Virus record (IMG/VR): IMGVR_UViG_3300008261_000008
Direction: 5' to 3' (one strand)
Source of the DNA: an uncultured virus (IMG/VR IMGVR_UViG_3300008261_000008)
Lineage: Duplodnaviria; Heunggongvirae; Uroviricota; Caudoviricetes
DNA: 64,000 nt
Shown: positions 9,745 to 19,161 of the stretch, piece by piece
Numbering within the stretch: position 1 is the first letter of the stretch
Layout: the number at the start of each line of letters is the position of its first letter
Translations under genes and position numbers: made by a program
Notes under the pieces: generated by a model
Databases searched by the model: none
What the model was told of the DNA's origin: nothing
What the model saw: only the letters and a program-made list of their open reading frames with translations

Positions 9745-9905
9745 GCTACCATCCCATATTCTTCACGTAGAATTTTTTTATAAGGAAGACCCTGTTCTCT
9801 GAGTTCCTTTACTAGTTTAAGTTTTTGAAACAATGCAACATCTCCACCCAGAGACATGGCTTTAATAATAGTATTCAGTTCTTCGTCATTGATAGGTAGA
9901 TCCAT
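9741..9905 (-). CDS. small hypothetical protein (54 aa; not in ORF track)
   Basis: MDLPINDEELNTIIKAMSLGGDVALFQKLKLVKELREQGLPYKKILREEYGMVA; coupled to uvsX. Confidence 0.7.
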   Translation of the reverse strand: MDLPINDEELNTIIKAMSLGGDVALFQKLKLVKELREQGLPYKKILREEYGMVA

Positions 9906-10067
9906 TCATTCCTCCAAATTTTTTGACTCTGTGCAGATAACCCAATTATACTTCTTTTTTAGTTCGTTTGCAAACCAATATGCAGTGGAAGCCGTCTCAA
10001 ACAGTTTCCTATTTTTAACAGGAGACAATTCTCCAGGTTCAGCCCAAACCACTACATATTTACTCAT
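9906..10067 (-). CDS. small hypothetical protein (53 aa; not in ORF track)
   Basis: MSKYVVVWAEPGELSPVKNRKLFETASTAYWFANELKKKYNWVICTESKNLEE; ATGA overlap with gp43 stop. Confidence 0.65.
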   Translation of the reverse strand: MSKYVVVWAEPGELSPVKNRKLFETASTAYWFANELKKKYNWVICTESKNLEE

Positions 10068-12562
10068 GAGAAAAAACTATCCAAACTGATTGATTTTTCC
10101 ACAGACCATCCAATAGAATCAAGAATAATTTTCATTGGTTCCACGAAAGATTTATTGAACTGAGTATCATAATCGACATATTTTTCCAATCCAAGTTCTC
10201 TGGGAAAGTCTTGAATGAATCCAAGAACATTTTCTTGAATTGGATTAGGGATCTTCAAATAAAGAAATTTAATCTTTTCTCCACTTTGAATTGCTGGATA
10301 CTTTTTATCAAGTCCAGCCTTCTTAGTATAATGATTGTAAAGAATTGCACCTCTTACATGAAATGGTACACCTTTATTATACATGTGTGTCTTTGATACC
10401 CACTTATTAATTTCAGAAACACTGCGAGGGAAAGCAATCTCTTCTGGTTGAAGTGATTTAAATTTCTTGCGAGCTTCCTCAATAAACTCAATTACATCAT
10501 CTTCCCCCTTGGTCATAACGATATTGATTGCATCTTTAATCATCTTCCTACAAGGTGCAGGAGTAGATGTTTTGATGGCTTCAATACCCATCATCTTCAG
10601 TTTAGGTTCTTGATATCGAACACCTTCAGAGTCCCACACTCGAAGAATATAACGTTTTTTACCAGTCCAGATTCCACGTTCCGCGATGTTCTCGCGTTTC
10701 ATGTACATCTTCTGATCATAAGCATTCAGGTAGTCGGCCAGTTCTTGGTAAGAACTTTCAATATACTTTTCAAGTTCCAAGTTACAGACCTTATCAAGGA
10801 AATTGACAACTTCATCAGTAGTTTTCTCTCTCCCTTTGAATACAGCATCAACAAAAGGACCCATATTAATATAAATGGAGTCGGTATCCATAGCAATGAC
10901 ATAATCAACCTCCTCAGTTTTGAGAACCTTATTCATATAAGAATTCATCTTTTCTTCAATCCATTGGATGGCTACTTGACCAGATAGAGTAATCGCTTCC
11001 GCATTTGCAAGTTTATAGTAACGGAAGTATTCATTACCGATGGCACCATAAGCAGAGTTAAGTGCGATCTTTTTAGCCATCTGAATATTATCACAACGAG
11101 AAATCTCTTTTTCCAATTCTTTGGTTGGAGTTTTCTCGTAGGCTTTTTTAGCCTCAATCATCTTCTTTTTGAAGATGACTCGTTCATTATACATCTTCTC
11201 CATAAGTTCAGGAAGGAACCCACGAATATCTTTACGGTACATTGCACCGTTGGCACACACAGCATAATTCTTATACATCTCAAACGTCAGTTCTTTTTTA
11301 AGAACCTTATCCACAGTCACACTGGGATGACGATTATCCAAAAGAGTTTCTGGACTGATGTTGTATTGCATAATGAGGTGTGGATACAGTGAGTTCAAGT
11401 CAAAGTTCACCACCCAATCATATGCACCAGGAACTGGTTCCTTAACATATGCACCAGCATATTTCTCATCCTTAGTATTACGTTCCTTTTGAGGAATCAC
11501 AATATTCTTTTTGAGGAGATAGTTGTAGATAATTGCATCCCAAGTACGAACTTGATAAGCAATATCATTAAAGTTTACCTTTGCGTCAAATGCACGAGTG
11601 AAACAGAGATCAATCAACTTGAGTTTATCCTCAAGTCGGTCTACTAGTTCTACGTCAACAATGTTGTACTCTACAAATTTTTGCCAATTATTTGTATAGA
11701 AATCACGAAAAGTATCAAACTCCGAGTGGTCCAACTTATTCTGAGACAACTCCATAAAAGCAATGTGATCGAGTCGATAACTTTCCTGGTTAGGAGTTGC
11801 AGGAGACTTCTTATAAAGATCCAGATAGTCAATGATTGACACTCCAGCAATCTCGCAACTCAATTGTTTGCGACCCGAAATCTGTACTTCTTTGACCTTT
11901 ACAATGTTCCATGGAGAGAATTTTTTAGCAACTTTTTCTCCCATCAATCGTGTAATGCGACCAATCAGATATGGAATATCATAGAGCTCGCAGTTCCATC
12001 CAGTAATTACTTCAGGAGTATTGTTCTGCCACCAATCCATAAAGGTATTGATGAGAGAGTACTCATCTTTACAGTAAATGTACTTTACATTTTGTTGAGC
12101 AACTTGTGCAGGACGAGATCCAAATGTAGTAATTTGTTTAGTATTATAGTCTTGTACTGTAACCAAAAGAAGTTCCTCGGCACAATTAAAGACATCAGGA
12201 AATCCACTTTCAGCAGCAACCTCAATGTCAATTGTTACAAGTTTGATCTTGTTGATATCAAACTTGATTTCATCTTCTGGATACTTTTCTGCGATGTATT
12301 GGTAAATGAATCTATCATTTCCAAAAACTTTGAATCCATTCACACCTTCATACTTTTCCAAGAAGTCTTTACAATCTCGGATAGTTCCAGGACGAATAGG
12401 TTCAACATTTATACCATCAAGAGTTTTATACTTACTTTCTTTCTTTGATGGAACATAGAATGTGGGATAGAATTCTTCCCTATTTGTAAAATGTTTTCCG
12501 TTTTCATAACCTCGGACAAGGATATCATTACCTAGTTGAAAGACATTCGTGTAAAACTTCAT
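10064..12562 (-). CDS. gp43: family B DNA polymerase
   Basis: Exo DIEV, FDLNSLYPHLI, KIALNSAYG, AMDTDS, KKRY motifs; uninterrupted. Confidence 0.98.
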   Translation of the reverse strand: MKFYTNVFQLGNDILVRGYENGKHFTNREEFYPTFYVPSKKESKYKTLDGINVEPIRPGTIRDCKDFLEKYEGVNGFKVFGNDRFIYQYIAEKYPEDEIKFDINKIKLVTIDIEVAAESGFPDVFNCAEELLLVTVQDYNTKQITTFGSRPAQVAQQNVKYIYCKDEYSLINTFMDWWQNNTPEVITGWNCELYDIPYLIGRITRLMGEKVAKKFSPWNIVKVKEVQISGRKQLSCEIAGVSIIDYLDLYKKSPATPNQESYRLDHIAFMELSQNKLDHSEFDTFRDFYTNNWQKFVEYNIVDVELVDRLEDKLKLIDLCFTRAFDAKVNFNDIAYQVRTWDAIIYNYLLKKNIVIPQKERNTKDEKYAGAYVKEPVPGAYDWVVNFDLNSLYPHLIMQYNISPETLLDNRHPSVTVDKVLKKELTFEMYKNYAVCANGAMYRKDIRGFLPELMEKMYNERVIFKKKMIEAKKAYEKTPTKELEKEISRCDNIQMAKKIALNSAYGAIGNEYFRYYKLANAEAITLSGQVAIQWIEEKMNSYMNKVLKTEEVDYVIAMDTDSIYINMGPFVDAVFKGREKTTDEVVNFLDKVCNLELEKYIESSYQELADYLNAYDQKMYMKRENIAERGIWTGKKRYILRVWDSEGVRYQEPKLKMMGIEAIKTSTPAPCRKMIKDAINIVMTKGEDDVIEFIEEARKKFKSLQPEEIAFPRSVSEINKWVSKTHMYNKGVPFHVRGAILYNHYTKKAGLDKKYPAIQSGEKIKFLYLKIPNPIQENVLGFIQDFPRELGLEKYVDYDTQFNKSFVEPMKIILDSIGWSVEKSISLDSFFS

Positions 12563-12813
12563 TGAATAAGAGTCAAATAATCATTAAGTAGAGGGGTTTT
12601 TGGATCAACCAGAGTTAAAATTTTATCTGAAGAGATCATTATGGAATCAGTTGAATCAGTCAACTCATATAGCCATGGCGTAAGTTTTCCATCAAAAATT
12701 TGATAGGGATTAATTAGTTTACAATCAGGTTCTCCTAGTTCGGATACAACTGCACTTATTTTTGAAATTAAGATAGTTCCACTCACTAAAACAAGAACTT
12801 GTATATCATCCAT
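12559..12813 (-). CDS. small hypothetical protein (Sm-like beta fold likely)
   Basis: Probable start MDDIQ; EPDCKLINPY motif typical of the gp43-adjacent cyanophage ORF. Confidence 0.7.
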   Translation of the reverse strand: MDDIQVLVLVSGTILISKISAVVSELGEPDCKLINPYQIFDGKLTPWLYELTDSTDSIMISSDKILTLVDPKTPLLNDYLTLIQ

Positions 12814-13237
12814 TTTTTTCTTCCACAATTACTTCGAAATTTTCAATAAGAGTTTCTTGTTGATCTAGTTCATCAGAGTCATCGAAATCATCAAAATCAT
12901 CATACTCATCAAAATCATCCTCATCCTCTACATCTCCACTCATTCTCATTAAATAAGAATTTTTAACCATCTCATGAGCTTCTACTACACAAACTACCCA
13001 AGAAGGATCGATAGCAATAGTTTTGTCTGAGGACAGAACAATCCATGGATAAAAAGAAACTTTTTGTTCTTTTTCTACTTCACCATTACTCTCGAATAAT
13101 ACTTTAGGTGTAAGCAAATTGACCACATAGGGGTTTTCGAAAACTAAAGAGACTACTTTCTCATTAGAATCAACTAGTTCTTTAATATCAGCTATTACAT
13201 GTTCTCCAGATTTGAGAACAGCCAGTTTTACAGACAT
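12806..13237 (-). CDS. hypothetical protein (Sm-like N-terminus, acidic tail)
   Basis: Probable start MSVKLAVLKSGEHVIADIKE; DDFDEY-type acidic repeats near the C-terminus. Confidence 0.75.
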   Translation of the reverse strand: MSVKLAVLKSGEHVIADIKELVDSNEKVVSLVFENPYVVNLLTPKVLFESNGEVEKEQKVSFYPWIVLSSDKTIAIDPSWVVCVVEAHEMVKNSYLMRMSGDVEDEDDFDEYDDFDDFDDSDELDQQETLIENFEVIVEEKNG

Positions 13238-13258
13238 ACTCACTCCAAGTTTAAAGCC

Positions 13259-13311
13259 AAGATACCACAAAAAAATGGGGGTGTCAACTGGATTTTGCCA
13301 GTTAACCCCCA
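13259..13311 (-). promoter_or_regulatory. intrinsic terminator overlapping a sigma70-type promoter for the gp43 operon
   Basis: Hairpin GGGGGTTAACTGG-CAAAAT-CCAGTTGACACCCCC followed by AT7. TTGACA (13287-13282), 17-nt spacer, TATCTT with an extended TG. Confidence 0.7.
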
Positions 13312-13334
13312 GCGCCGACGATATTCAAAAATAT

Positions 13335-13523
13335 TTAGGCGCCATCACCATCTGCGGAATTACCACTCCCACACCCGCCTGGATTCTTAGGCATAGCTTT
13401 TCCTGCAGGGACTACTTTTGATTTTCCAGTCAACGGATTGTAGATTTTATGCCTAACGGCAGCGGGGTAGGAAATCTGTTTAATGTTTCCGACTTGTTCT
13501 AAGAACTGCTTAAAGGATTTCAT
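13335..13523 (-). CDS. small basic protein with capsid-targeting-like N-terminus
   Basis: 62 aa, MKSFKQFLEQ...; overlaps the 3' end of hsp20. Confidence 0.6.
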   Translation of the reverse strand: MKSFKQFLEQVGNIKQISYPAAVRHKIYNPLTGKSKVVPAGKAMPKNPGGCGSGNSADGDGA

Positions 13524-13947
13524 ACACCTTTCGTTTCTGATGTTCAGGAATAATCCTATTTAGTTTGACATGGAGTAGACCATCTTCAAACTTTACATCA
13601 GATACCTTAACATCGTCGGATAGTGTCCAGGTTCTCGTAAAGGCCCTCTTTGCCAGACCATTGTGAAGATATTCACCTACTTCTGAAGTTTCTGCCTTCT
13701 TCGCTTCAACGAAGAGTTTATTCCATTCGGTAAAAACTTCAATATCTTCTCGTTTGTATCCAGCAAGAGCGATCTCAATACGATACTCTGTCTCACTTTC
13801 CTTAATCACATTGTATGGTGGGTAGTTATTATAGGACTCATGTGTAGCCCCGAAGCGATTAAACCACTCATCCATTCCAATACTATACTTCTCAATATCA
13901 TTTAGAAATTTGTCAATGTTAGCCGTGTTGTACTTAGCGAGTAACAT
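13510..13947 (-). CDS. hsp20: small heat shock protein (Hsp20/IbpA family)
   Basis: NYPPYNVI, EIALAGY, YLHNGLAKRAFTR, DGLLHV; strong AAGGAGG RBS. Confidence 0.95.
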   Translation of the reverse strand: MLLAKYNTANIDKFLNDIEKYSIGMDEWFNRFGATHESYNNYPPYNVIKESETEYRIEIALAGYKREDIEVFTEWNKLFVEAKKAETSEVGEYLHNGLAKRAFTRTWTLSDDVKVSDVKFEDGLLHVKLNRIIPEHQKRKVYEIL

Positions 13948-14058
13948 GATAGACCTCCTTAAGCGTCTGTTAGGTTGTATTACGGATCCGAAGACTCCGC
14001 TTTAGAGTATGGGCAGTCATATGACCTTTACCCATCATCATTATATATCTAAAAACAT

Positions 14059-14091
14059 AAAAAATGGTACGGAGTAAAACCGTACCATTTT
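14059..14091 (-). terminator. intrinsic terminator between regA and hsp20
   Basis: AAAATGGTACGG-TTTTACT-CCGTACCATTTT followed by T-run. Confidence 0.8.
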
Positions 14092-14143
14092 GGGTATGTT
14101 CCGAACTTTGTAGAGACCGCACGAAAAGTCGCTACAGAGTTAT

Positions 14144-14575
14144 TTATGATTCTGGTTTTTTCTTCTTTCCAATATTATACTTACTTTCCAAAATCCAGTC
14201 ATTCTTGTCTTTATAGGACAAGACTTTGATCTGATTCAAAGGTGCTACATCAGTAACAAAATCGGGTTTAGTGATTGTAATTAAACCCCAATCAGAAAGA
14301 AGATTGATAATACGATTTCTACGTTGAACATCATTCACCGTAAGATTTGCATGTTTACCATCAAGAGCAAACAGTTCTTTAAAGTGAACAATGTAATAAC
14401 GGCCCTGTTTATGAAGAATGTGACAGGACTGATAAATTTTCTTTTCCTTGCGCGAGGCAACACCGATACGAGTGAGTGTCTCACGGACTTTCAAGAAATC
14501 GTCTGGTTCATTCAGAACCACTTCCACCATTTGATCTTGTGACCAATTGACTTCTGGTTCAACAAAGGTACTCAT
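14144..14575 (-). CDS. regA: translational repressor RegA
   Basis: DDFLKVRETLTRIGVAS, QSCHILHKQGRYYIVHFKELF. Confidence 0.97.
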   Translation of the reverse strand: MSTFVEPEVNWSQDQMVEVVLNEPDDFLKVRETLTRIGVASRKEKKIYQSCHILHKQGRYYIVHFKELFALDGKHANLTVNDVQRRNRIINLLSDWGLITITKPDFVTDVAPLNQIKVLSYKDKNDWILESKYNIGKKKKPES

Positions 14576-14961
14576 CTTTTGCCTCCGACATCAAGTTTAG
14601 ATTTAATATAGTTAATTTGGTCTTTTGTTAGAATTTTCAATGCTTGTTGGGCCTTCTCATTACTATAGCCATAGTATGATTTGACTGCATCAAGATCTTG
14701 AATTTTCTCTTTTTTAAGCCACGGAGAAAATCTTTTCCGTTTCCTGACACTATTTAGTAAAAAATCATATTGAAGTCTAGAAGTCAGTTGATGATTGAGA
14801 TTCATCTCATTTGCAAACATAACCGTATCAATGTGACCTGAAAGACATTTATTCACAACAAATGCTGGATACTTCTTTTCCCATTGAGGATCTCCACCAT
14901 CCATCAAATAATCTTTTGTGAAGTTAATGGAATTTAGATAGTCTTTTAGTTCGTAACTCAT
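14572..14961 (-). CDS. gp62: clamp loader small subunit
   Basis: LNSIN, QYDFLLNSVRKRKRFSPW, YYGYSNEKA; position before regA. Confidence 0.93.
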   Translation of the reverse strand: MSYELKDYLNSINFTKDYLMDGGDPQWEKKYPAFVVNKCLSGHIDTVMFANEMNLNHQLTSRLQYDFLLNSVRKRKRFSPWLKKEKIQDLDAVKSYYGYSNEKAQQALKILTKDQINYIKSKLDVGGKR

Positions 14962-16079
14962 CGGATAATATCAATAGATTCTGGGTTCTTATTCCAAGTC
15001 TCAAGTTCTGTGCGAAGACGACCTTCAGACTTCAGAGTTTCATATCGATTAGAGGCCTTTTTCCTCCACCAGTTCACAAGGTGATCAAAATGAAACTTAT
15101 CATAGTTTTGACCGGGACGTAGAACTTCATCTTGTCCAAGAATGACTTCACGAGCATTCTCAAACCCGTAATCAGAAATATAAAATCTCTTCTGTTCAGT
15201 CAGATTTTTTGCATTTGCAATCGCAGTCTGGAACTCCACAACCTTTTGAGAAGGTAAGCTTTTCTTGATGATTGAGATCATCTTTTGTTGGGTCTTGAGT
15301 TTCCGACTGGATGCGTCCTCCTTCACCAGAGATTGGTTGTCGTTCCTCTGAATAAACCATTTGTTTAACTCCTGAAAGATCTCATCATGGAGCAGAGGAG
15401 TAAAATCACTTTGAGTTAGACCCTTGTACCTCATGTAGGGTTTCAAACCATCATACTGTGATGAGGCTTTTGTAGACCCATAGAGAGAAGTTGTCTCAAA
15501 AGAACAAATGTCTGATCCATACTTCTTATTTAACGTCTCACGAGCAGTATGAGAACAACAAAGAAGTGCGAGGAGTTTACCTCCGAGATAATTAAATCCA
15601 AAAGGTTGTGTAGGTACAATGATAAATCCCATGATTGCATGACGATTAAACCTAGACAACTCGGGAGTTTGTCCAAGCCAATCATTACGGGGTTTTGAAT
15701 TAATAGTTGGAGATCCAAATCGACAGAAACCAACAATCTTCTGCGTGTTAGTTTCTTGAACAATCCACTTTAGTGATTTACCAGGAATACTATCTTCAAT
15801 CGCATGAGAAGTAGTAATCTGAAGTCTTTCGTTGAAATATTCATTTGTAAATCCACCTCTTTCTCCTGCAGGATAAACTTTGAAGTTCATATCCTGTGGG
15901 TGCATATCAAAAGCATCAAACATGTCATCCTCGGGACCAATCCCAAGAATGGATGACGGCATTTGTTCCATTCTATCCAATTTCACATTACGCAGATATT
16001 CATCGATTCTACCCATGTTGGAGAAGTAATCGATGAATTTATCCGCTGCGTAAATCGCATCATCAAGTTCTAGTTGCAT
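14958..16079 (-). CDS. DUF4338/Druantia DruA-like protein
   Basis: PFGFNYLGGKLLAL and FETTSLYG motifs recalled from the DruA/DUF4338 family. Confidence 0.6.
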   Translation of the reverse strand: MQLELDDAIYAADKFIDYFSNMGRIDEYLRNVKLDRMEQMPSSILGIGPEDDMFDAFDMHPQDMNFKVYPAGERGGFTNEYFNERLQITTSHAIEDSIPGKSLKWIVQETNTQKIVGFCRFGSPTINSKPRNDWLGQTPELSRFNRHAIMGFIIVPTQPFGFNYLGGKLLALLCCSHTARETLNKKYGSDICSFETTSLYGSTKASSQYDGLKPYMRYKGLTQSDFTPLLHDEIFQELNKWFIQRNDNQSLVKEDASSRKLKTQQKMISIIKKSLPSQKVVEFQTAIANAKNLTEQKRFYISDYGFENAREVILGQDEVLRPGQNYDKFHFDHLVNWWRKKASNRYETLKSEGRLRTELETWNKNPESIDIIR

Positions 16080-16080
16080 A

Positions 16081-16377
16081 TCAAATGATCAGTTTTTTTT
16101 CTTCTGGAGTTACGAGTTTACTCCCATAAACTTCATTATACTTCTTTTTAATTTGTGGATCAACTTCTGCAACATAGACAATGTGATTCTTAGCGATAAT
16201 CAATTCAGGAATCGTCTTATCAATCACAGAAGCCCATGGAGCAAATCCCACACGACCATCTGGACTAGGAAGAACAACTAAACCATTTTTCACAGTCACA
16301 AAGTTATCATCCTGAGAGACAAGTTCAGCTACAACCTCTTCTCCAGTAGCAATACGAAATAGTTTTACATCAATCAT
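16081..16377 (-). CDS. hypothetical protein (Sm-like)
   Basis: 98 aa, VKLFRIATGEEVVAE...GFAPWA. Confidence 0.75.
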   Translation of the reverse strand: MIDVKLFRIATGEEVVAELVSQDDNFVTVKNGLVVLPSPDGRVGFAPWASVIDKTIPELIIAKNHIVYVAEVDPQIKKKYNEVYGSKLVTPEEKKLII

Positions 16378-17324
16378 TTAAAATTACACTCCACCATAAT
16401 TTCAGTTAACGCCGCCAGAAGATTAATTTCTTGATCCGCAACGAAGGCAATCTGATACTGATACTTAGCAATAATGAGCACAGCAGCAGGAATAGAAGAA
16501 CTTTCAAGGGCATTATAAAGAGCATCGTAAACACGACGCAAAAGTACACCAGAATCATTGTCCAAATTATTAACGACCCATTTACGTACTTCAGGGAAGT
16601 TCTTTTCTTTAAGGTTTCTAACCAGGTCATTGATATTTACATCCGAGAACTCAGCAAGGATCGCAGAATCGATTTTACCACCAGCAGAATACCTCTGACA
16701 TTCGTTTAGAACCCTTCTCCAATCCGGAAAATATTTATTGATAAGTTCCGCAAGGACTTTTTGATCGTATTGAATACTTTCCAAGTCAAGGATATTCTGA
16801 ATACGTTTAAAGAATGATCCTGCAAGTTGAGCTTTTTCTTTTCCTTTGATACTAAACTCAACAACTGCACATCGAGAGTGGAGAGGTTCAATGATTTTGT
16901 TTTTATAGTTACATGTGAAGATGAACCTGCAATTGTTATAAAACGTCTCAATATTAGCCCGTAGAAGGAGTTGTACATCGTGGGTTGTGTTGTCAGCCTC
17001 ATCAATGATGATGACTTTGTGTTTTGCATCACCCGCAGAAAGTGAGACGGTCGAAGCAAAGTTCTTTGCTTGGTTCCGTACCGTGTCCAAAAATCGTCCT
17101 TCGTCAGATCCATTAATGACATAATAATCTACACCCAATTCTTCGCAAAGAGCTTTTGCAACTGTAGTTTTTCCACAACCTGCAGGACCAGCAAGCATGA
17201 GGTTTGGAATTTCTTTTTTATTTAGAAACTCCAAAAATGTCTTCTTATTTGCATCAGGAAGAATACAATCTTCAATTTTACGTGGGCGATATTTTTCAAC
17301 CCACAGAAACTCATCACGACTCAT
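16374..17324 (-). CDS. gp44: clamp loader large subunit (AAA+)
   Basis: LWVEKYRP, GPAGCGKT, IIDEAD, LHSRC; probable start MSRDEF. Confidence 0.96.
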   Translation of the reverse strand: MSRDEFLWVEKYRPRKIEDCILPDANKKTFLEFLNKKEIPNLMLAGPAGCGKTTVAKALCEELGVDYYVINGSDEGRFLDTVRNQAKNFASTVSLSAGDAKHKVIIIDEADNTTHDVQLLLRANIETFYNNCRFIFTCNYKNKIIEPLHSRCAVVEFSIKGKEKAQLAGSFFKRIQNILDLESIQYDQKVLAELINKYFPDWRRVLNECQRYSAGGKIDSAILAEFSDVNINDLVRNLKEKNFPEVRKWVVNNLDNDSGVLLRRVYDALYNALESSSIPAAVLIIAKYQYQIAFVADQEINLLAALTEIMVECNFK

Positions 17325-17326
17325 AA

Positions 17327-17839
17327 TCAAATCCAATTAGGTTTACGTTCAGGCATCCGCAGATAATTATCTGCAACCCAAGGTTTAGAAGCAATATACC
17401 TTTTATAAGCAGTAAAGGTATCAATAGTATCATCAAATTTCCACTCTATAGGCATAGCACGAGCAAATGGAGTCACCTCTGTGATCTTACCCTTTGGAAA
17501 CAAATAATATGCATCTACAAGGGTCTTATAACAAGAGTGAGTTTTATTATACCTCAGGCAGTATTCATCAGACAAGTTCAATCCCCACTTGATTAACCAG
17601 TAGGCGTTATGGATACTCTCCATTGCCCACTTAGTGCAGGGATGATTGCGGAATGCTCCTTTCTCGGTCTTATAGGGGGTTCCATCCGTCTTAGGGAGAG
17701 TGCCATACCCGTGTCCCCACTTCTCTGATGCCACGATAGAGAGCATCTGACAACACTCTAAGGGCATCTTGACGATATGTTTGTCTGGGAGACAAATAGC
17801 ACTCTCAGCAGGCCAAGGGGAAGTGACAAAGATGTTCAT
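17327..17839 (-). CDS. denV: pyrimidine dimer DNA glycosylase / endonuclease V-like
   Basis: MNIF...DKHIVKMPLECCQML, NHPCTKW, AYKRY pattern. Confidence 0.7.
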   Translation of the reverse strand: MNIFVTSPWPAESAICLPDKHIVKMPLECCQMLSIVASEKWGHGYGTLPKTDGTPYKTEKGAFRNHPCTKWAMESIHNAYWLIKWGLNLSDEYCLRYNKTHSCYKTLVDAYYLFPKGKITEVTPFARAMPIEWKFDDTIDTFTAYKRYIASKPWVADNYLRMPERKPNWI

Positions 17840-17856
17840 AATATAGGTGAGTTACC

Positions 17857-18546
17857 TCACTCATCATAGGTGGAGTCGGGTTCCAATGCAATGTAGTATG
17901 TAAGATTCTTATCTTCTGACTGGAAACGAGACAGGAGTTTCTTGGAGATCACAACCTCATAAGAACCAGGAAGAATCTTAATGTTTTCAACTTTAAAGTT
18001 CAGTACAAAAGTTCCAGTAGTTTCACCAACAACCAGTGAATATTCATTAGATGTGTCATTCTTTTTGTCACGAACAACCAATTTCACAACACCAGCTTCT
18101 CCAACAACAGAAAGGTCAGGAACACCATAAACTGCTGCAGCCTTGAGAAGTTTATCTAGTTGTTGAGTATTTACTTCAAAACAGACATCTTCAGAAGGGA
18201 GTGCAATAGACTTTTCGGGTGGAGTCACAATCACTGCAGGATCAGCAAAGAAATACTTAGAACGTGCATTACCTTCACTGATAGTCACATAACTATCATT
18301 AGCAAACTTCAGTTGAGGATTCTGATAGAGGGACATTGCATTTAGGAACTGGTTAAGGTCGTAAATACCAAAGTCTTTTTCAAATTCTTCCTCTACTTCA
18401 ACTTCCGCAAGAATATTTTTCATTACAGAAATAGTGCGGAGTTTATTTCCCTTCTTAAAGAGAATAGACTGATTAATTCCAGAGAAGTTCTTGAGAAGAG
18501 AGAGGGTTTTTTCAGAGAGTTTCATAGATGTATTTTTGAGTTTCAT
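17857..18546 (-). CDS. gp45: sliding clamp DNA polymerase accessory protein
   Basis: MKLSEKTLSLLKNFSGINQSI, FGIYDLNQFL, YYIALE. Confidence 0.96.
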   Translation of the reverse strand: MKLKNTSMKLSEKTLSLLKNFSGINQSILFKKGNKLRTISVMKNILAEVEVEEEFEKDFGIYDLNQFLNAMSLYQNPQLKFANDSYVTISEGNARSKYFFADPAVIVTPPEKSIALPSEDVCFEVNTQQLDKLLKAAAVYGVPDLSVVGEAGVVKLVVRDKKNDTSNEYSLVVGETTGTFVLNFKVENIKILPGSYEVVISKKLLSRFQSEDKNLTYYIALEPDSTYDE

Positions 18547-18548
18547 GA

Positions 18549-19091
18549 TCAACGGAATTCGGAAAGGCCATTATCTTTACGAGAATAATGGCCATCAAAG
18601 TGAAGCAGGAGCATAGCATAATGAATCACTTTGAGAAGGTCACGTTTGTTGCGACCATCTTTATCACCATAACGACTTCCATACTTTAGAATATTCGCCT
18701 GACAAAATCCAGGAGCAAGACCCTTTGCTGCCATCAGATCAATCGTTTGAATATCTTGGTATTCTTCGTTGTGACTACAATAGTGACTACCATAAGTACT
18801 AGTCACATAATCCTTAATGTCTTTCAGGATTTTATCTTCATTATACTTCCACAAATGATTTTTGTTTTCGCTCATAGTAACAGGGGTTTTATCAAGGTTG
18901 AGTGTACCATTGTCACCAATATGCATGGTGAATTGATTGATATTAGTGTTTTCTTTTCCTGAGCCAATAAAGATTGTATCGGGAGAAGGATTTGGATTAC
19001 CAGTCAAACTGATTCCATCTTCTACCCAAAAATCTTGGTTTGGGATGGAACTTTCGTAAGTGCTTTCAAAGTTTTCAGACATTCTAATCAT
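18549..19091 (-). CDS. DUF3310-like protein (T7 gp1.7 nucleotide-kinase-related family)
   Basis: TYGSHY, IQTID, FCQANILKYGSRYGDKDG, DLLKVIHY. Start uncertain (19091 or 19082). Confidence 0.65.
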   Translation of the reverse strand: MIRMSENFESTYESSIPNQDFWVEDGISLTGNPNPSPDTIFIGSGKENTNINQFTMHIGDNGTLNLDKTPVTMSENKNHLWKYNEDKILKDIKDYVTSTYGSHYCSHNEEYQDIQTIDLMAAKGLAPGFCQANILKYGSRYGDKDGRNKRDLLKVIHYAMLLLHFDGHYSRKDNGLSEFR

Positions 19092-19101
19092 AGTAAAAGA
19101 A

Positions 19102-19161
19102 CAAAAAGGGGAGGCACTTCTTACCTTCCCCAATTATATCAGGATTGTGTTTCCTGGTCAA
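19102..19161 (-). promoter_or_regulatory. sigma70 promoter whose start site falls in the 5' arm of an intrinsic terminator
   Basis: TTGACC (19161-19156), 17-nt spacer, TATAAT (19138-19133), followed by GGGGAAGGT...GCCTCCCC-TTTTT. Confidence 0.75.

Noticed and set aside
10064..12562. Inteins or introns in gp43, gp41, gp17, uvsW or gp46
   Set aside because: All are of normal length with contiguous motifs and no splice-junction signatures.
13948..14143. tRNA or a named Rfam cyanophage RNA (wcaG, PhotoRC-II)
   Set aside because: No cloverleaf is evident and I could not match the sequence to those families by eye; kept only as an unnamed structured RNA candidate.
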